In this document: in pieces, positions 9,701 to 20,014 of the stretch
Position numbering within the stretch: position 1 is the first letter of the stretch
How the letters are laid out: each line of letters starts with the position of its first letter
Source of the DNA: Craspedostauros australis
Taxonomy: Eukaryota
Length of the DNA stretch: 42,656 nucleotides
Assembly (NCBI GenBank): GCA_030167865.1
Contig: JALAGF010003861.1
Location: 1-42,656 of the forward strand
Direction of reading: 5' to 3'
Position numbers and translations under genes: made by a program
Notes under the pieces: model-generated
The model's input: the letters and a program-made list of their open reading frames with translations, nothing else
The model's database searches: none
What the model was told of the DNA's origin: nothing

Positions 9701-11873
9701 TCTTTGCGTAGACGGCCGAAACGAGCTGGGAAAAGTCGTTCTCCCTGCTGCTGGTGGTGTTTCCGTCCTTGCCTTTGCCATTGCTGCCGCCCTTGCTGTT
9801 TCCGTTTCCGTTGCCGCCACTGCTGTTGCTGTGATCATTGCCATCTCTTCCGTTCTTGTTGACCTTTCGTTTGCTGGCGCTACCGCCGCCATTGGCAGAC
9901 GAAGCATGACCGTTGCTGCCGCCGATGTTGCTGCTGACGCTGTTGTTGCGGTATGATGTCAAGGCCGAGTTGCGTCCATCGGACTGCAGCTCGAGGGCGT
10001 GCAGGAGGAACTGTCGCGTGTCCTGCTTGGACAGGGGTTGCAGCGTGACGAATTGGATGCTGTCGACGTTGTGGTTGGTGCGGCTCGTGTTGAAGCTGCT
10101 GGCCTTGTGCTGGGGCGTGCTGAGCTGGACATCGTTGATGATGTCCTCACGGCGGTGCTCCTGCAGCTTGCGCAGGAAGTTGTCGAGGTAGGAGAGCTGC
10201 TGCTGCGCCGAGGTGGTTGGTCGCGTGACGGTGGTGGTCACGCCGGACGTGTCCTGCTTCTCTGTGCGGATGGATGCGACGATGTAGAGGTTGGAGATGG
10301 TCTTGGAGGACAGGAGGGTATAGAGGAAGGTGAAGTTGGCGTGCTGGATGTCATCGAGGAGGAGGAGGACCGGCGATTGCGCATCCATGGTGATGATCTG
10401 GAAGAACTGCATGAGGGTGGACGTCCAGTTCCACAGCATGGCAGGTGTTGGGTCCTTCGTCTTTGCTGCTGCTGCATCTGCTGATGATGCTCCTGCGGTT
10501 GTTGCCATGGGTTGTGTCGTTGATGCATTTGGTGTATCCGGTGAGGTCGATGGATTGGACGCATTGACATCGGTGTTGTCGTTGCTATCCACCATGCCAT
10601 CAGCACCGCCGACATCGTCGTTGTTGACAGTGGCAGTTGCGTTATCTCTGATGGTACCACCGTCCGTCGCACTGGGCACATCCGCCGATGCAGAAGTTCG
10701 CAGCGACTGTTCAAAGAGGATGGCCGCGGCCGGGATCTTGAAAAGCAGGAGCTGCCGTTCCGTGACATTGAAATGGGTGTTGAATCGCTGCCGCAACTGC
10801 TCGAGCTGCTTCACGGCGGTGTCATCGTGCGCCTGCGCGCTGAGTTGCAGATGGCAGCAAAAGTCGGAGATGGCCTGGATGATGGCATCGTTGTTGGTAT
10901 TGACCGTTGCATTGTTGCCGGTGGCAGCGCCATTGCTGTTGGCAGTGTTGCGAGGAGAGGTGCGGTTGGCGGAAGGCGCGATACGGAAGCGCCTGTACTG
11001 ACCAGACAGGATGATGCAGCGCTTGGACGTGATGGCGTAATCCTCATGAGGGTTGTGGGACAGCTGGTGCAGCTGCTTCGCGTACTGATGCAGCAGACGG
11101 GTCTTGCCCGTGCCGTCCATGCCCATGAGGAAGGAGACCGGGACGCATCGGCGTTTGCGGACTTTGCCCTGGCTCTTTCCGCCTCCCTTGTTGCCGTGGC
11201 CATGGCCGTTGGTGTTGCTGTTGCCGTTGCTGTTGGAGCTCGACTGACTGCCGACGCTGCGGTTGCTGTGCGTGCTGCTGTGGTTGAGGCTGCCATTGGC
11301 CGCGAAGGAATCGTCGGACGAGACGTCAAAGTCGCCCAGCAGCATTCGCTCGTACATGAGCTGCACCTTCTGCAGTTCTGGGCGTCTGCCAAAGAAGCCC
11401 ACCTGCTCGAAGTTGATGGATGGGTTGGCAGCGGCATCCTGTTGCATCTGCTGCTGCATCTCCTGCTGTCTGAGTGGCTGCTGTTGCTGTGGATCCGAGG
11501 CCAGCGAGTCCTGCGATTGAGCGCGGGACAGGCTATGAGACGGTTGCATCTGCTGCTGCTGCTGCTGCTGCTGATGGTGCGACGAGGCGAAGGAGTGCAT
11601 GGACTGGGTGTCCACACTGTGCTCGCTGACGCTGATGCTGCTGGAGCGCCTCGGCATGTGCTTGCTGTTGCCTGTGCTGTTGCCCATGCTGTTGCCCATG
11701 CTGTTGCCTAAGTTGTTAGAAACATTGAGAGCGGCGCTGACGGCGGTGCTACTGACGCTGGCCTGCTGCCGCAGGTGCGGCGCCAAGCTGGACTGCCCGA
11801 ACTCGTCATCTCCCGTCTGATACCCATGGTCATAGAACTCATGTCCCTCCGAGATCTCTGGCTTTTCGAACAT
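6720..11873 (-). CDS. STAND-class AAA ATPase with helical/TPR-like C-terminus, homologous to the central module of bacterial hybrid kinase-ATPase-histidine kinase proteins
   Basis: 1717-aa uninterrupted ORF. Motifs: FFGRRPELQKV; Walker A GMDGTGKT (about 11123-11100); Walker B LLLLDDIQHA; KTNGHF (TxGNP-like); YEFPSEKIQQAAY (F.HD.IQ.AAY-like); C-terminal AYDDAIACA...QDAALGCELAGEYF...YQEWGANAKVKDL. Confidence 0.88.
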   Translation of the reverse strand: MFEKPEISEGHEFYDHGYQTGDDEFGQSSLAPHLRQQASVSSTAVSAALNVSNNLGNSMGNSMGNSTGNSKHMPRRSSSISVSEHSVDTQSMHSFASSHHQQQQQQQQMQPSHSLSRAQSQDSLASDPQQQQPLRQQEMQQQMQQDAAANPSINFEQVGFFGRRPELQKVQLMYERMLLGDFDVSSDDSFAANGSLNHSSTHSNRSVGSQSSSNSNGNSNTNGHGHGNKGGGKSQGKVRKRRCVPVSFLMGMDGTGKTRLLHQYAKQLHQLSHNPHEDYAITSKRCIILSGQYRRFRIAPSANRTSPRNTANSNGAATGNNATVNTNNDAIIQAISDFCCHLQLSAQAHDDTAVKQLEQLRQRFNTHFNVTERQLLLFKIPAAAILFEQSLRTSASADVPSATDGGTIRDNATATVNNDDVGGADGMVDSNDNTDVNASNPSTSPDTPNASTTQPMATTAGASSADAAAAKTKDPTPAMLWNWTSTLMQFFQIITMDAQSPVLLLLDDIQHANFTFLYTLLSSKTISNLYIVASIRTEKQDTSGVTTTVTRPTTSAQQQLSYLDNFLRKLQEHRREDIINDVQLSTPQHKASSFNTSRTNHNVDSIQFVTLQPLSKQDTRQFLLHALELQSDGRNSALTSYRNNSVSSNIGGSNGHASSANGGGSASKRKVNKNGRDGNDHSNSSGGNGNGNSKGGSNGKGKDGNTTSSRENDFSQLVSAVYAKTNGHFHRLLQTLQELQQKHVLVYSYISFAWEWNCSALKAVDMSSTVVESIQSRIKQKSYLTALTVAAYITTTSSLVFDIDVLSTLITQLQPYLKDILAQAKAAGTIVEEEQGDGQSTLTSILEEAVLESNLQNKIGGTLYEFPSEKIQQAAYNCIPYGEERNVFRYRLGMQLYEMASTKTSPFFNYDNKHWMYVCAANHLNSVPNKNHLLMAQLNLIVGEHYLDPANGNNSAQTQSALGPSLSSMTTMAAFNQPDAAATAGNNGTADYIQAAAYLQKAQIAIRKLRNDMWSDVHYDLSIRLFQARCHVELTLGHFELGHELGCQVLEHATSVNDKLPTYFAMAMAMGRQNRQEEAFQFLRSVLWSIDEYPKRFYAGHAARGMVKVRNYFHSHPFTDPDEFLSRLPTLKDPIKLYTMKFMVQAGFRAFFSKNVVEWMVLLARTLEITLEYGLCESSAMAFCNYAVWHATTGNSQEMALRFAKLARRTVEVTNGKALEGWVLYIISSFIYGWSQPHTQVITTLQHGYQSSMETGEFENGFFNWYMCNLHAYTAGYPLAPIANTFDTMVGQAKLYSLTAMIQAAQEQQKFLRILTGSDYMNWKETMHNLPTSDAPASTQDRFQLLNIYLSKLQLAVYFGRYSIADTMSERLWDISDHTTAYTICVLRNLFSGLTMAGMFRQTQKRKYMKQLHALVKESKELSESRGKNSLHRTLLLEAEYKGLKQRRSSSVATVAAGVGTLQQLMNGNTTTSSSRNRKHFRKVKQAYDDAIACALKSGHIQDAALGCELAGEYFLRHHESELIGEYFTKSVEFYQEWGANAKVKDLERQRIPWLDRARVERAKKAAKEGGLVISRMGYTSNPIASQYGRDVVDLPRSRYGDDDDDDDNDGSRLNDKENDGDENGTTDMMSPNGGNNRKSNRRAAGRRNNRNRQRRDGTVNGDDSTMQGGRTAISKRSGSNPFSVAASGFGGMTAASMMARQDDDNVSLLSYESGIM

Positions 11874-11880
11874 GGTTGCG

Positions 11881-11945
11881 CTCTATCGGACTCTACTGGA
11901 CTCTATTGGACTCTATTTGAACTCTATTTGAGCTCTGCTTGAACT
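11881..11945. repeat. Degenerate 10-11 bp tandem repeat immediately upstream of the ATPase start codon
   Basis: ctctatcgga ctctactgga ctctattgga ctctatttga actctatttg agctctgctt gaact. Confidence 0.85.
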
Positions 11946-14900
11946 GTGTTGATTGTGTGCCTTTGACCGCTGTTGTGATGGGGGAATGCGGTTGTTGGTC
12001 GTCGGTTGTGGATGGAGTTCAGCCGCGTGGGTGTGCTCTTGTCGTGTATAGTCGATCGTATGGTGCTCTGCTAATCGATGCGATTATGTTTGGAATAGAA
12101 GTGACCGCAGGAGTTGTGGTGGAGGACTTGCTGCCACCGCTTCGCTTTCTCGCTTTCTCTCTGTTGGCGCTTGTGTTTCTGTTCCTGTTTCTGTTCCTGT
12201 TTGTGTGCTTGTTTGCTTGCGTCTGCGCACTCTCTCTTGGTAATGATGGTGATGTTGTCTGCGAACATCAACACTTGTGCGCTTGGGATTGCGCGGTCTT
12301 TCACCATCCACCAACACAAGGATGCATGCAATGTTGCTTTGTCCCCCTCTCTCTCCTCTCTCTCCTGTTCTTTCTGTTCCTCTCGGTCACAATGGCGGGG
12401 AAGTGCCGGCTTGTTGCCGATGCGAGTGTGCCTCTGCTTGTCCCTTGGTGATGGCGCCCTTTGTCGCGGTTGCACAGGCCGTCTTCAACTTCATCGTTGT
12501 TCTACACGCAGGATGACTTTCCACCACATGTCCGCCACATGTCCACAACGAGCTCCTGTTCTCTTTTGTGATGCACCAACACGACAGGAAGCGGGAAGGT
12601 CTGGCTTCGCCACGGCGAAATCTGCCGAAGGATGTTGTCACATACATTCATGACATCCTCTTGGGCCCACGACCTACCTGGGCAGGCACATCTGCCAGCT
12701 CGTGTCAACACTTCACGGACCAGAAGACGCGCCAGCTTCACAGACCCACGGCAAGATTTCTCACTTGGCACAGCGACAACTGTCCTTTGACAATCTCGCA
12801 CCGATCCAAAATGTCGCACGTCGCTCGTGTCAGTTTCTTTGCTCCCGCAAGACGGTACACTGGGATGCGAACTTGGGAACACGGACTGGCCACATTTAGT
12901 CGCGACGATGACTGAGGTCATTGTACAAAGCGCATGCGGAAATGCACAAAGCGATCAATCCTCTATGAGGTCCGATCAGTCATCCACATTTCAATGATTT
13001 TGTTGTCCAACGAGTCAAATCAAAGAGATCGACATGGTCGTAGATACCATCACACACGAATAACAAGTATATTCGTGAATCAAAGATGGCGTGGAATCTT
13101 GATGTCAGAACATGTCCCGATTCGGGTTGTGCAACCGCGCTCGGACAGATACGGATACGGATAGCCCACCAACGCACACAACGTTCCAGGTTGACACGAT
13201 TTCTCATGCTTGTCGCCAAATTTGAGGCGCACCGCGGTATGTAAGATCCGGACACGTGCCTGATGCTACTCTGAACGGAGACCTTGACAAACAAGGTTCG
13301 ATGCAGCAGCGGCAGCAGCAGAAACAGTAGGAGGCGCGTTTGAATCCTCTCACTCCTTTAGCTTTGGTATTCGTGGTTGGTTGGCAGAGCGTGGCTTGTG
13401 GTAGTCGGACTGTGTGCCCAATCATACGAATATATTTTAGAGTACACGATTCCAAACAACTCCTCCATCCGATCACATGCCATGCAGCGGCAACAATTTT
13501 GCTGTGGCTGGGACTGGAACTCTGCACGTTACTCTGTTGTGGCTGCGACATGTGTCGATTTGTTGAGCTGATTGGACACAAAGTTCGCCCAACCAAGGCA
13601 GGGGTATTCAGGTTGATTCCCACGTAACAGAATGCGACGCAAAACATGTGAAATGTATCTGGATCATAAAGCAGTTTTCCGCAATGCAGCACGCGTCTCC
13701 TCGCTTGCCTCGGTTGGGTCTCCCATCACTCTAGAATAGCATTGACAGGGTAAAGGCGACACCGAAGCACAATTATGGCGGGGCCATCGATACGGCCTTG
13801 CCATTTACGGCGTGCTCCACAAACACGCCACCAACATGATGAGGAGGCACGACATAGCGTGTGCGTGTCTCACACAAACCGTTTTGCTTTCCTTCCTGTT
13901 TCTGGACACGCAACAGACAAAAACCTGTTTGCCAGTTTTCGGTGTTCTCCCCTTCAACAGACAGACTGCCGCCGTTGCGCCCAAACCTTTTTTATTTTGT
14001 GTTGTCCGCACGCGCAGCGACATCGCCTCACGATGTCGAAACCGTCGCAGCGTCTCATGGAAGCAGAAATTGGCGTTGGTGGAGCATCGCTAACGTACGA
14101 TTCAAATGTGGCGGGAAACGGCCGTCGCTGTCTCATTTCCGCCCGGGGCGTAACAAGATGGAGTCGCAATGCTACCTTGCAATGTCGTTGATGTCGCATG
14201 GGACGTCATCCACTTGTTGTGGAAGGATAGCCACGACCGTATTTATGGTTGAAGTTGCCCGAACTGGAGAAAAAGCCCAGCGAAGTCATGACGTCACCAT
14301 GGACCGCCAAACAAAGAGGAACTGGAGACATGTGCTGATTTGTGATGAATGGCGACACAGTTGATACTTCTTCCGTTGGCTGCGTGATGAACCACGATAC
14401 ACCCACATACCAGCATGCGACAGTGACAAAGCCAATGCGGACGGCAGATGCAGAGGAGTCAAGTGAACACTTGGAAAGTACTGGTGCATGCAAGTATCAT
14501 GCGTACCTGCGCGGACAACGACGATGTGGAGAGAACAGAACCGAGAGGGACAACCGCAACGACAAGAGCAACAACTTCGTGAGATCATGTTTCAAGTGAC
14601 GTTGTTTTGGTGTGCGCGAGGTCGCCCCGTCTTCGCTGTGATTGCAACGGGCAAACACGTGTTGGCATGGCCCACAGACAGGCAATCGCTCATCCAGAAG
14701 CGCTCACGAGCATTCACAAGCATTCACAACCGCCGAGGCCATCGCAGACACATCAAGACCAACAAGCACCACAGTGGCGAACAAGGAGAGCAATTGAACT
14801 CACGCTCACACTCACACTCACAGGTCGCACTTCAACCTCATCAACACGTTGTTTGCCACTGCCCTCGGTGCAACATCAAACATCAACCTCCTCAACATCA

Positions 14901-15055
14901 GCCCAACCATCAACAAATCATCGGTTCTCACAAAATCTGCAACCGGACAACATCAGCAGAGTTCACATCAAGAGAACTCGAACTCAACGTCAACCCAAGC
15001 AGAGCAGAGCACCATACTCAAGCACGCCAACACTGCACAACCACACACAACGACC

Positions 15056-16363
15056 ATGGCAAGACTACCAACATCGCCGCTCATGACGATCGTCATCGTC
15101 GTTGCGATCCTCGCAACAACGATGTCCTCATCAACATTAGCCGCACCTCCATCATTGGCGCAGGAGGTGCGATCATCTACCACCCACCAGGTCAAAGATG
15201 ACAGCAGCATCAACGGCAAGCTGCCGCAATCCAACCAAACGCAAGGGCAGACGCAGTCACAGACGCAGACGCAGAAAGATATGCAACAGGAGGCTGCGAC
15301 AACAGCCCACACGGCCACAACCAGCATCATGAGACTGCTCTGGGACAGTGGCAACGGAGGCCGCAACGGAGACAATGCGGAAGGTGCCAGAGTCAGCACC
15401 AGGAGGAAGAACAGCAGGAAGGTGCAGCATCCCAACAAGAAGAGGTCCCACGTGCATGTCATCAAGACCAGAGCCGCCGCTCTGCAAGGCAGCTCCGCTG
15501 ACAGCGACCGCGAAAGGAAAAGCACCAGCGATATTCCATTCCATGTCATCCTCACAGAACAGGATCTTGGCGATCTCGTCGCATCCAGTGTCCAGAACGG
15601 CACTTTTGATGATGATCAAGAGTCGGCCTCCGCACCTGCTTCACCAACGTCGACATCCACCGAAGGATGCTCGTTCACGGAACGCATCTTGCAGCAGTTC
15701 GACTCGCACGTGCCATCGTGGGACGCCATCCAACGCGCGTACGGCAAGATCTACGTCAAGGCGATGAACGTCGCCGTGCACGTCGCAGCACCTGCTCCCA
15801 ACGCTGGAAAGGGGCTGCGTGCCACCTCCTACAACCAAGTGCCTACCAAGGGAAGCGACGACGCATCAGAGACGCAGGAAGAGACGAAGAAGGAACAGCC
15901 CAAGGCGCCATCTTCGCACCGCAACAAGAGCAAGGGCAAGGCCCAGCCAGGCAAGCCAGTCGACCTGCGCACCGTCGCACAGAGCATCGATGCCACGAAG
16001 CAGGACGTGGGCCTCGGATCCAAGCTCGACCACGAGCAGATGGATCTCGCCACCATCATCGGTTACCAGAGGCAACGCCATAACGAAAAGAGGCGCTCCA
16101 TGCCACCACGAGGGCCTAGCATCACTACGCTGCGCAGCAACAACAACAGCAATGATGACGACTTGCTCACAATCAGGCGGCGCCGGGACAAACTTGATCC
16201 AGCTGACGACAGCAACGATAGGGATTTGTTCATCATCGACACGACCGTCCTCGCCAAGAAGACCAACGCAGGCAAAAGACGTCGCCGCAACTCCGCATTT
16301 GGCCCCAGCCCGACGAAGCACGACAAGGCCAGACGCAGACAAGGACTCACCGCGACTGAGTGA
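15056..16363 (+). CDS. Hypothetical secreted low-complexity protein
   Basis: The ORF is open from 14849 and the first ATG is at 15056. MARLPTSPLMTIVIVVAILATTMSSSTLAA looks like a signal peptide. The remainder is S/T/Q/K/R-rich with no recognised domain. Confidence 0.65.
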   Translation: MARLPTSPLMTIVIVVAILATTMSSSTLAAPPSLAQEVRSSTTHQVKDDSSINGKLPQSNQTQGQTQSQTQTQKDMQQEAATTAHTATTSIMRLLWDSGNGGRNGDNAEGARVSTRRKNSRKVQHPNKKRSHVHVIKTRAAALQGSSADSDRERKSTSDIPFHVILTEQDLGDLVASSVQNGTFDDDQESASAPASPTSTSTEGCSFTERILQQFDSHVPSWDAIQRAYGKIYVKAMNVAVHVAAPAPNAGKGLRATSYNQVPTKGSDDASETQEETKKEQPKAPSSHRNKSKGKAQPGKPVDLRTVAQSIDATKQDVGLGSKLDHEQMDLATIIGYQRQRHNEKRRSMPPRGPSITTLRSNNNSNDDDLLTIRRRRDKLDPADDSNDRDLFIIDTTVLAKKTNAGKRRRRNSAFGPSPTKHDKARRRQGLTATE

Positions 16364-17278
16364 GGTGATGCCCTTCGCTGCGTTGCACCGCACTACGCTG
16401 CGACCCCCGTTTGATTTTACTGTCCTCTCATACCGTACCCCACTTACCGACACTCCATTGATGCACATCCACTCCCCTTCGCACGTATTCGTATGACAGA
16501 ATCGTAGTATTACACTAAACCTAGAGAGACGCGAGATTTTTTGGAAAACCGCAGATTCGAACACAAGAAACCATTCGTTGTTCGCCCAGCGAAGGCGATT
16601 TTAACGCCCGTGTGCGCACGTTGTTTCCAACAAACGCGAAAAAATGAATGGGTTCTGTTTGGCACGCAGAGCAACATTTCGGAGACATGGATACTCGCAG
16701 CAGAGCAAAGGGACTTGATTAGGGCCAATTGATGTGTCAATCACGATTGATCTCGAACAGGACTCGAATCGCCAATTCGTTGTGTTGACATCCCCACGAC
16801 ACGTGTGTGACACGTATTATTATCACAACAACATGTGTTGCAACTCTGCGAAAAAGCCGGCACGGCCACAAAACGAAAAAGAGTGGAGGGAGAGGGCCAA
16901 AAGAGAGAAACGGACAACCACAGCCCACCATCACATCGGCCGATCGCGCCGAGGAAACCACACATCGACAACAGTGGAATCGCCACCACCAATGATACTC
17001 GTACCAGTGCGATACAACCACCACTGTCGCAACCACTCCAAGCAGAGCATACCCAACAAGTGCTATTCATTGCCTTCGGAAGCTCGATTGATTGACAGTC
17101 TTCCAAGGTTGTCCTCAGCGGAGTATTGGTGTCAGTATCAGTGGCAGCAGCAGTTCCAGTGCCAGTCGTCACACGAAGGGTTGGATTGAATGGTCGAGTG
17201 GATAAAGTAAGAGCATACACATTGCACCATTACTCACGCACACAGTGATCGATCATAACGGAAGACAAGGTCGGGACG

Positions 17279-20014
17279 ATGGTGACAAGGCCAAAAGCAA
17301 CGGAGGGCCGTGGCCGCTCGAGGAAGATGCAGTCGCTGCAGCGAGTGTCGCAACAGCAATGGAGCCAACGATTCTCCGGGAGCCTCAGCAGCGACAGATC
17401 CCACGACTACCACCATGGTGCTGGCCACAGCACAGGCAACAGCAGCGGGTACACCAACTTCACCAACGCCAACACTGACAACGACACTCACAACGACAAC
17501 AAGAGCAGCAGCAACAACAGCAACCTGAGAAACCTGGAGGCCTTCATGTGCGGCGGCATGCCCACCACATGCCACAGCTGGACGGCGGACCTGGATCCAG
17601 TTTGCAACGCCGACCACCGCGATGACGCATCCTCACGCCACATCAACATGGCAAACATCGGACCCAGCAAATCGACGATCGGTGAATTCTACACCTCCGC
17701 GCACGACGCCCTTGCCACCAGCCTCAATCACTTCCACGATGCCTTCGCGGCGTTGGTGACGGAGCAGAGCGACAGTGATGGCACGAACCCATCCCTTGTC
17801 TACACCCTCACCAGCGGTGCCATGGGACCGTATCGAGACAACCGCACCCAAGCCACGTTCCAAACCATGACCACCAACACGACGTCCACGACGATGATTC
17901 CACGCGTCATTCCAGTGTATGGCTTCAACCAGCTTGTGCACCCTGCAGAAAGGAACGACGTTCCAACGACGTACTCATCAAACTCTCACCATCGCACCCA
18001 CCTGCCTCACGACAACAGCAAAAACAACAACATCGACGGCGACGACGAAGATCGCCATGGTCCGCCACAGCGCACCTCTTCTGGCAAGTCGAGGGCGCTG
18101 ACCGAAGCCATGCCTGGCGTGCACGACAGCCACAGCAACTTCATGCTATCGGAGGCTGAGATCCCCATCGCGCAAGGTGTCGATTGGAAGAAGCTGGTGA
18201 AGCGCGCAGACATCGACTACCAGTACTCCGACAGCGTCGGGGAGAACACCACCACGGACTCGCTCACCGCTTCCACAATTCATACGGCAGTTAACGATTC
18301 TCCGACCGTCGCTGGTGCCGCAACGCGAGATAGTGGTGAAGAACAAGCAACGGGCAAGGGCGCGATGGAAGGCAACAGTCATGCCTGCACCTTCCTCATC
18401 CCCATGGTTCTGAGTCGTGATGATTCAGTTTCGACAGAGGGACGCGATGCTGATGCTTCGAAGGAAACTCTGGGGAAGCATGATAAGAAGAGTGCTACCG
18501 ACGGAGCTGCGTTGAAAACGAATGCCATCGTCCAGCACGAACAGCCGGTGGATCCCAAGCTCACCGTGAAGCCAACCCAACAGGATGGCATGCCGAAGGA
18601 GGCGTCACCCAAAAACAACGCTCAGGCCGTCAATGGCAACGCTGATGTGAAGGTGTCGAACATCCCTCCTCCCGACCACGATAACACCCTCCTCACCGTG
18701 ACATCGGCCGGAACCAACCAGGTGCAGTCCGTCAATTACATTTCACCCGATGAAGACGACACTTCCATCACCGACGGCTCCTCCTTCACCAATTCCACGG
18801 CAAGGGAGAGCGGGTACGACGAAGACAAGGATGCCGTTCCAAAGATGGGACTGTCAAATCCATCGAGGTTGGAGACCCTCGATTCCGAAGTCACTGACCG
18901 CCCCAGCGATTTGGAGAAGCTAGCAAGCATGGTGATCGGAGGGGAAAGCACATCATCGGACCCCATGGCGGAGACACCTTCAACCACGCTGAGTTGCGGA
19001 GGTGATGATGCGACGAATGGAACGGCCGACGGCCCATGCGATGATCCCCCGGACGTGGTTATTGACATGACCAACGTCGATGAGCCGCACGATGACGATG
19101 GTGACGATGGCGATGATGGCGATGATGGCAAAGCTCCTGTTGAAGAACCGACTGGATCCTCTGTGGATAAACCAGGCCTTGCATCATCCGAAGAGACCAA
19201 GAATATTGAAGACTCGCCAGGTGGTTTGACGGTTGGCTACGGACCTCACAAAATCATCGATAACACTCAAACGATTCTCTCAGCCGTTGGTAACGAAGCA
19301 GGTGGTGGCGCTGACGTTGCTGTCGGCGGTGGCGTTCATCTGGATGTGAATTCCGGTACAAATGCCAATGGCAATCCCAACATCACGGAGCAGGTTGCGG
19401 GTCTACCACCACACGAAGAGGTTATGAAGACCAACATCGGCATGGAAGCTTCGCATGCGCAACCCTCCATCCATCAAGTACCCCAAGAACCGCAGAACAA
19501 TGCCCCACAAGATCTGCGACAGGAAAAGGAAAAAGAGCAGCTACGAGCAACAGTCGAAGTACCATCATCACCAGCAACCGTTATCGCTGTCACGGTTGCA
19601 AAAGCAGATCATGATGGAAACGCGGATGCCGTCGGGAATCATTCGAACGACAATCAAGCCAAGCAGACTCAAGGAAGCGAACTGCACGACGGGCATGGAA
19701 CACAGCCAACCGCTGCGCCTTCCGTTCCGACTGATGAATGGAAACCAGCGCCACAAGAACCAGGTGAAGATGCAGGGCAGCCGATCGATCTCACAGACAG
19801 GTACCTGATCGAACAGCTCGTCCTTGGTCAATTTGCGTCGCCTGCACCAGCATCAGCTCCCGTAAAAGCTCTGGCTCATGATGAACAACACAACGCAACG
19901 TCGCCGAAAGCGGAGGCAGAAGCGATGCAACCCGAGGTCATTGATTTGACCATGTTTGACGATAAGTCCGAAACCAAAGACGGGACAACCGAAGAAGAGG
20001 AAGTGATGGCGTGA
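17279..20014 (+). CDS. Hypothetical acidic, largely disordered protein (911 aa) with SIM-like motifs
   Basis: Long uninterrupted ORF, D/E/S/T/N-rich, with no recognised folded domain. VVIDMT, PIDLT and VIDLT motifs lie in the C-terminal third. Confidence 0.75.
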   Translation: MVTRPKATEGRGRSRKMQSLQRVSQQQWSQRFSGSLSSDRSHDYHHGAGHSTGNSSGYTNFTNANTDNDTHNDNKSSSNNSNLRNLEAFMCGGMPTTCHSWTADLDPVCNADHRDDASSRHINMANIGPSKSTIGEFYTSAHDALATSLNHFHDAFAALVTEQSDSDGTNPSLVYTLTSGAMGPYRDNRTQATFQTMTTNTTSTTMIPRVIPVYGFNQLVHPAERNDVPTTYSSNSHHRTHLPHDNSKNNNIDGDDEDRHGPPQRTSSGKSRALTEAMPGVHDSHSNFMLSEAEIPIAQGVDWKKLVKRADIDYQYSDSVGENTTTDSLTASTIHTAVNDSPTVAGAATRDSGEEQATGKGAMEGNSHACTFLIPMVLSRDDSVSTEGRDADASKETLGKHDKKSATDGAALKTNAIVQHEQPVDPKLTVKPTQQDGMPKEASPKNNAQAVNGNADVKVSNIPPPDHDNTLLTVTSAGTNQVQSVNYISPDEDDTSITDGSSFTNSTARESGYDEDKDAVPKMGLSNPSRLETLDSEVTDRPSDLEKLASMVIGGESTSSDPMAETPSTTLSCGGDDATNGTADGPCDDPPDVVIDMTNVDEPHDDDGDDGDDGDDGKAPVEEPTGSSVDKPGLASSEETKNIEDSPGGLTVGYGPHKIIDNTQTILSAVGNEAGGGADVAVGGGVHLDVNSGTNANGNPNITEQVAGLPPHEEVMKTNIGMEASHAQPSIHQVPQEPQNNAPQDLRQEKEKEQLRATVEVPSSPATVIAVTVAKADHDGNADAVGNHSNDNQAKQTQGSELHDGHGTQPTAAPSVPTDEWKPAPQEPGEDAGQPIDLTDRYLIEQLVLGQFASPAPASAPVKALAHDEQHNATSPKAEAEAMQPEVIDLTMFDDKSETKDGTTEEEEVMA

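Noticed and set aside
4443..11873. The convergent kinase and STAND ATPase as a split kinase-ATPase system
   Set aside because: The kinase appears plastid-targeted and is not of the type fused to these ATPases, while the ATPase has no presequence. Adjacency in a eukaryotic genome is weak evidence.
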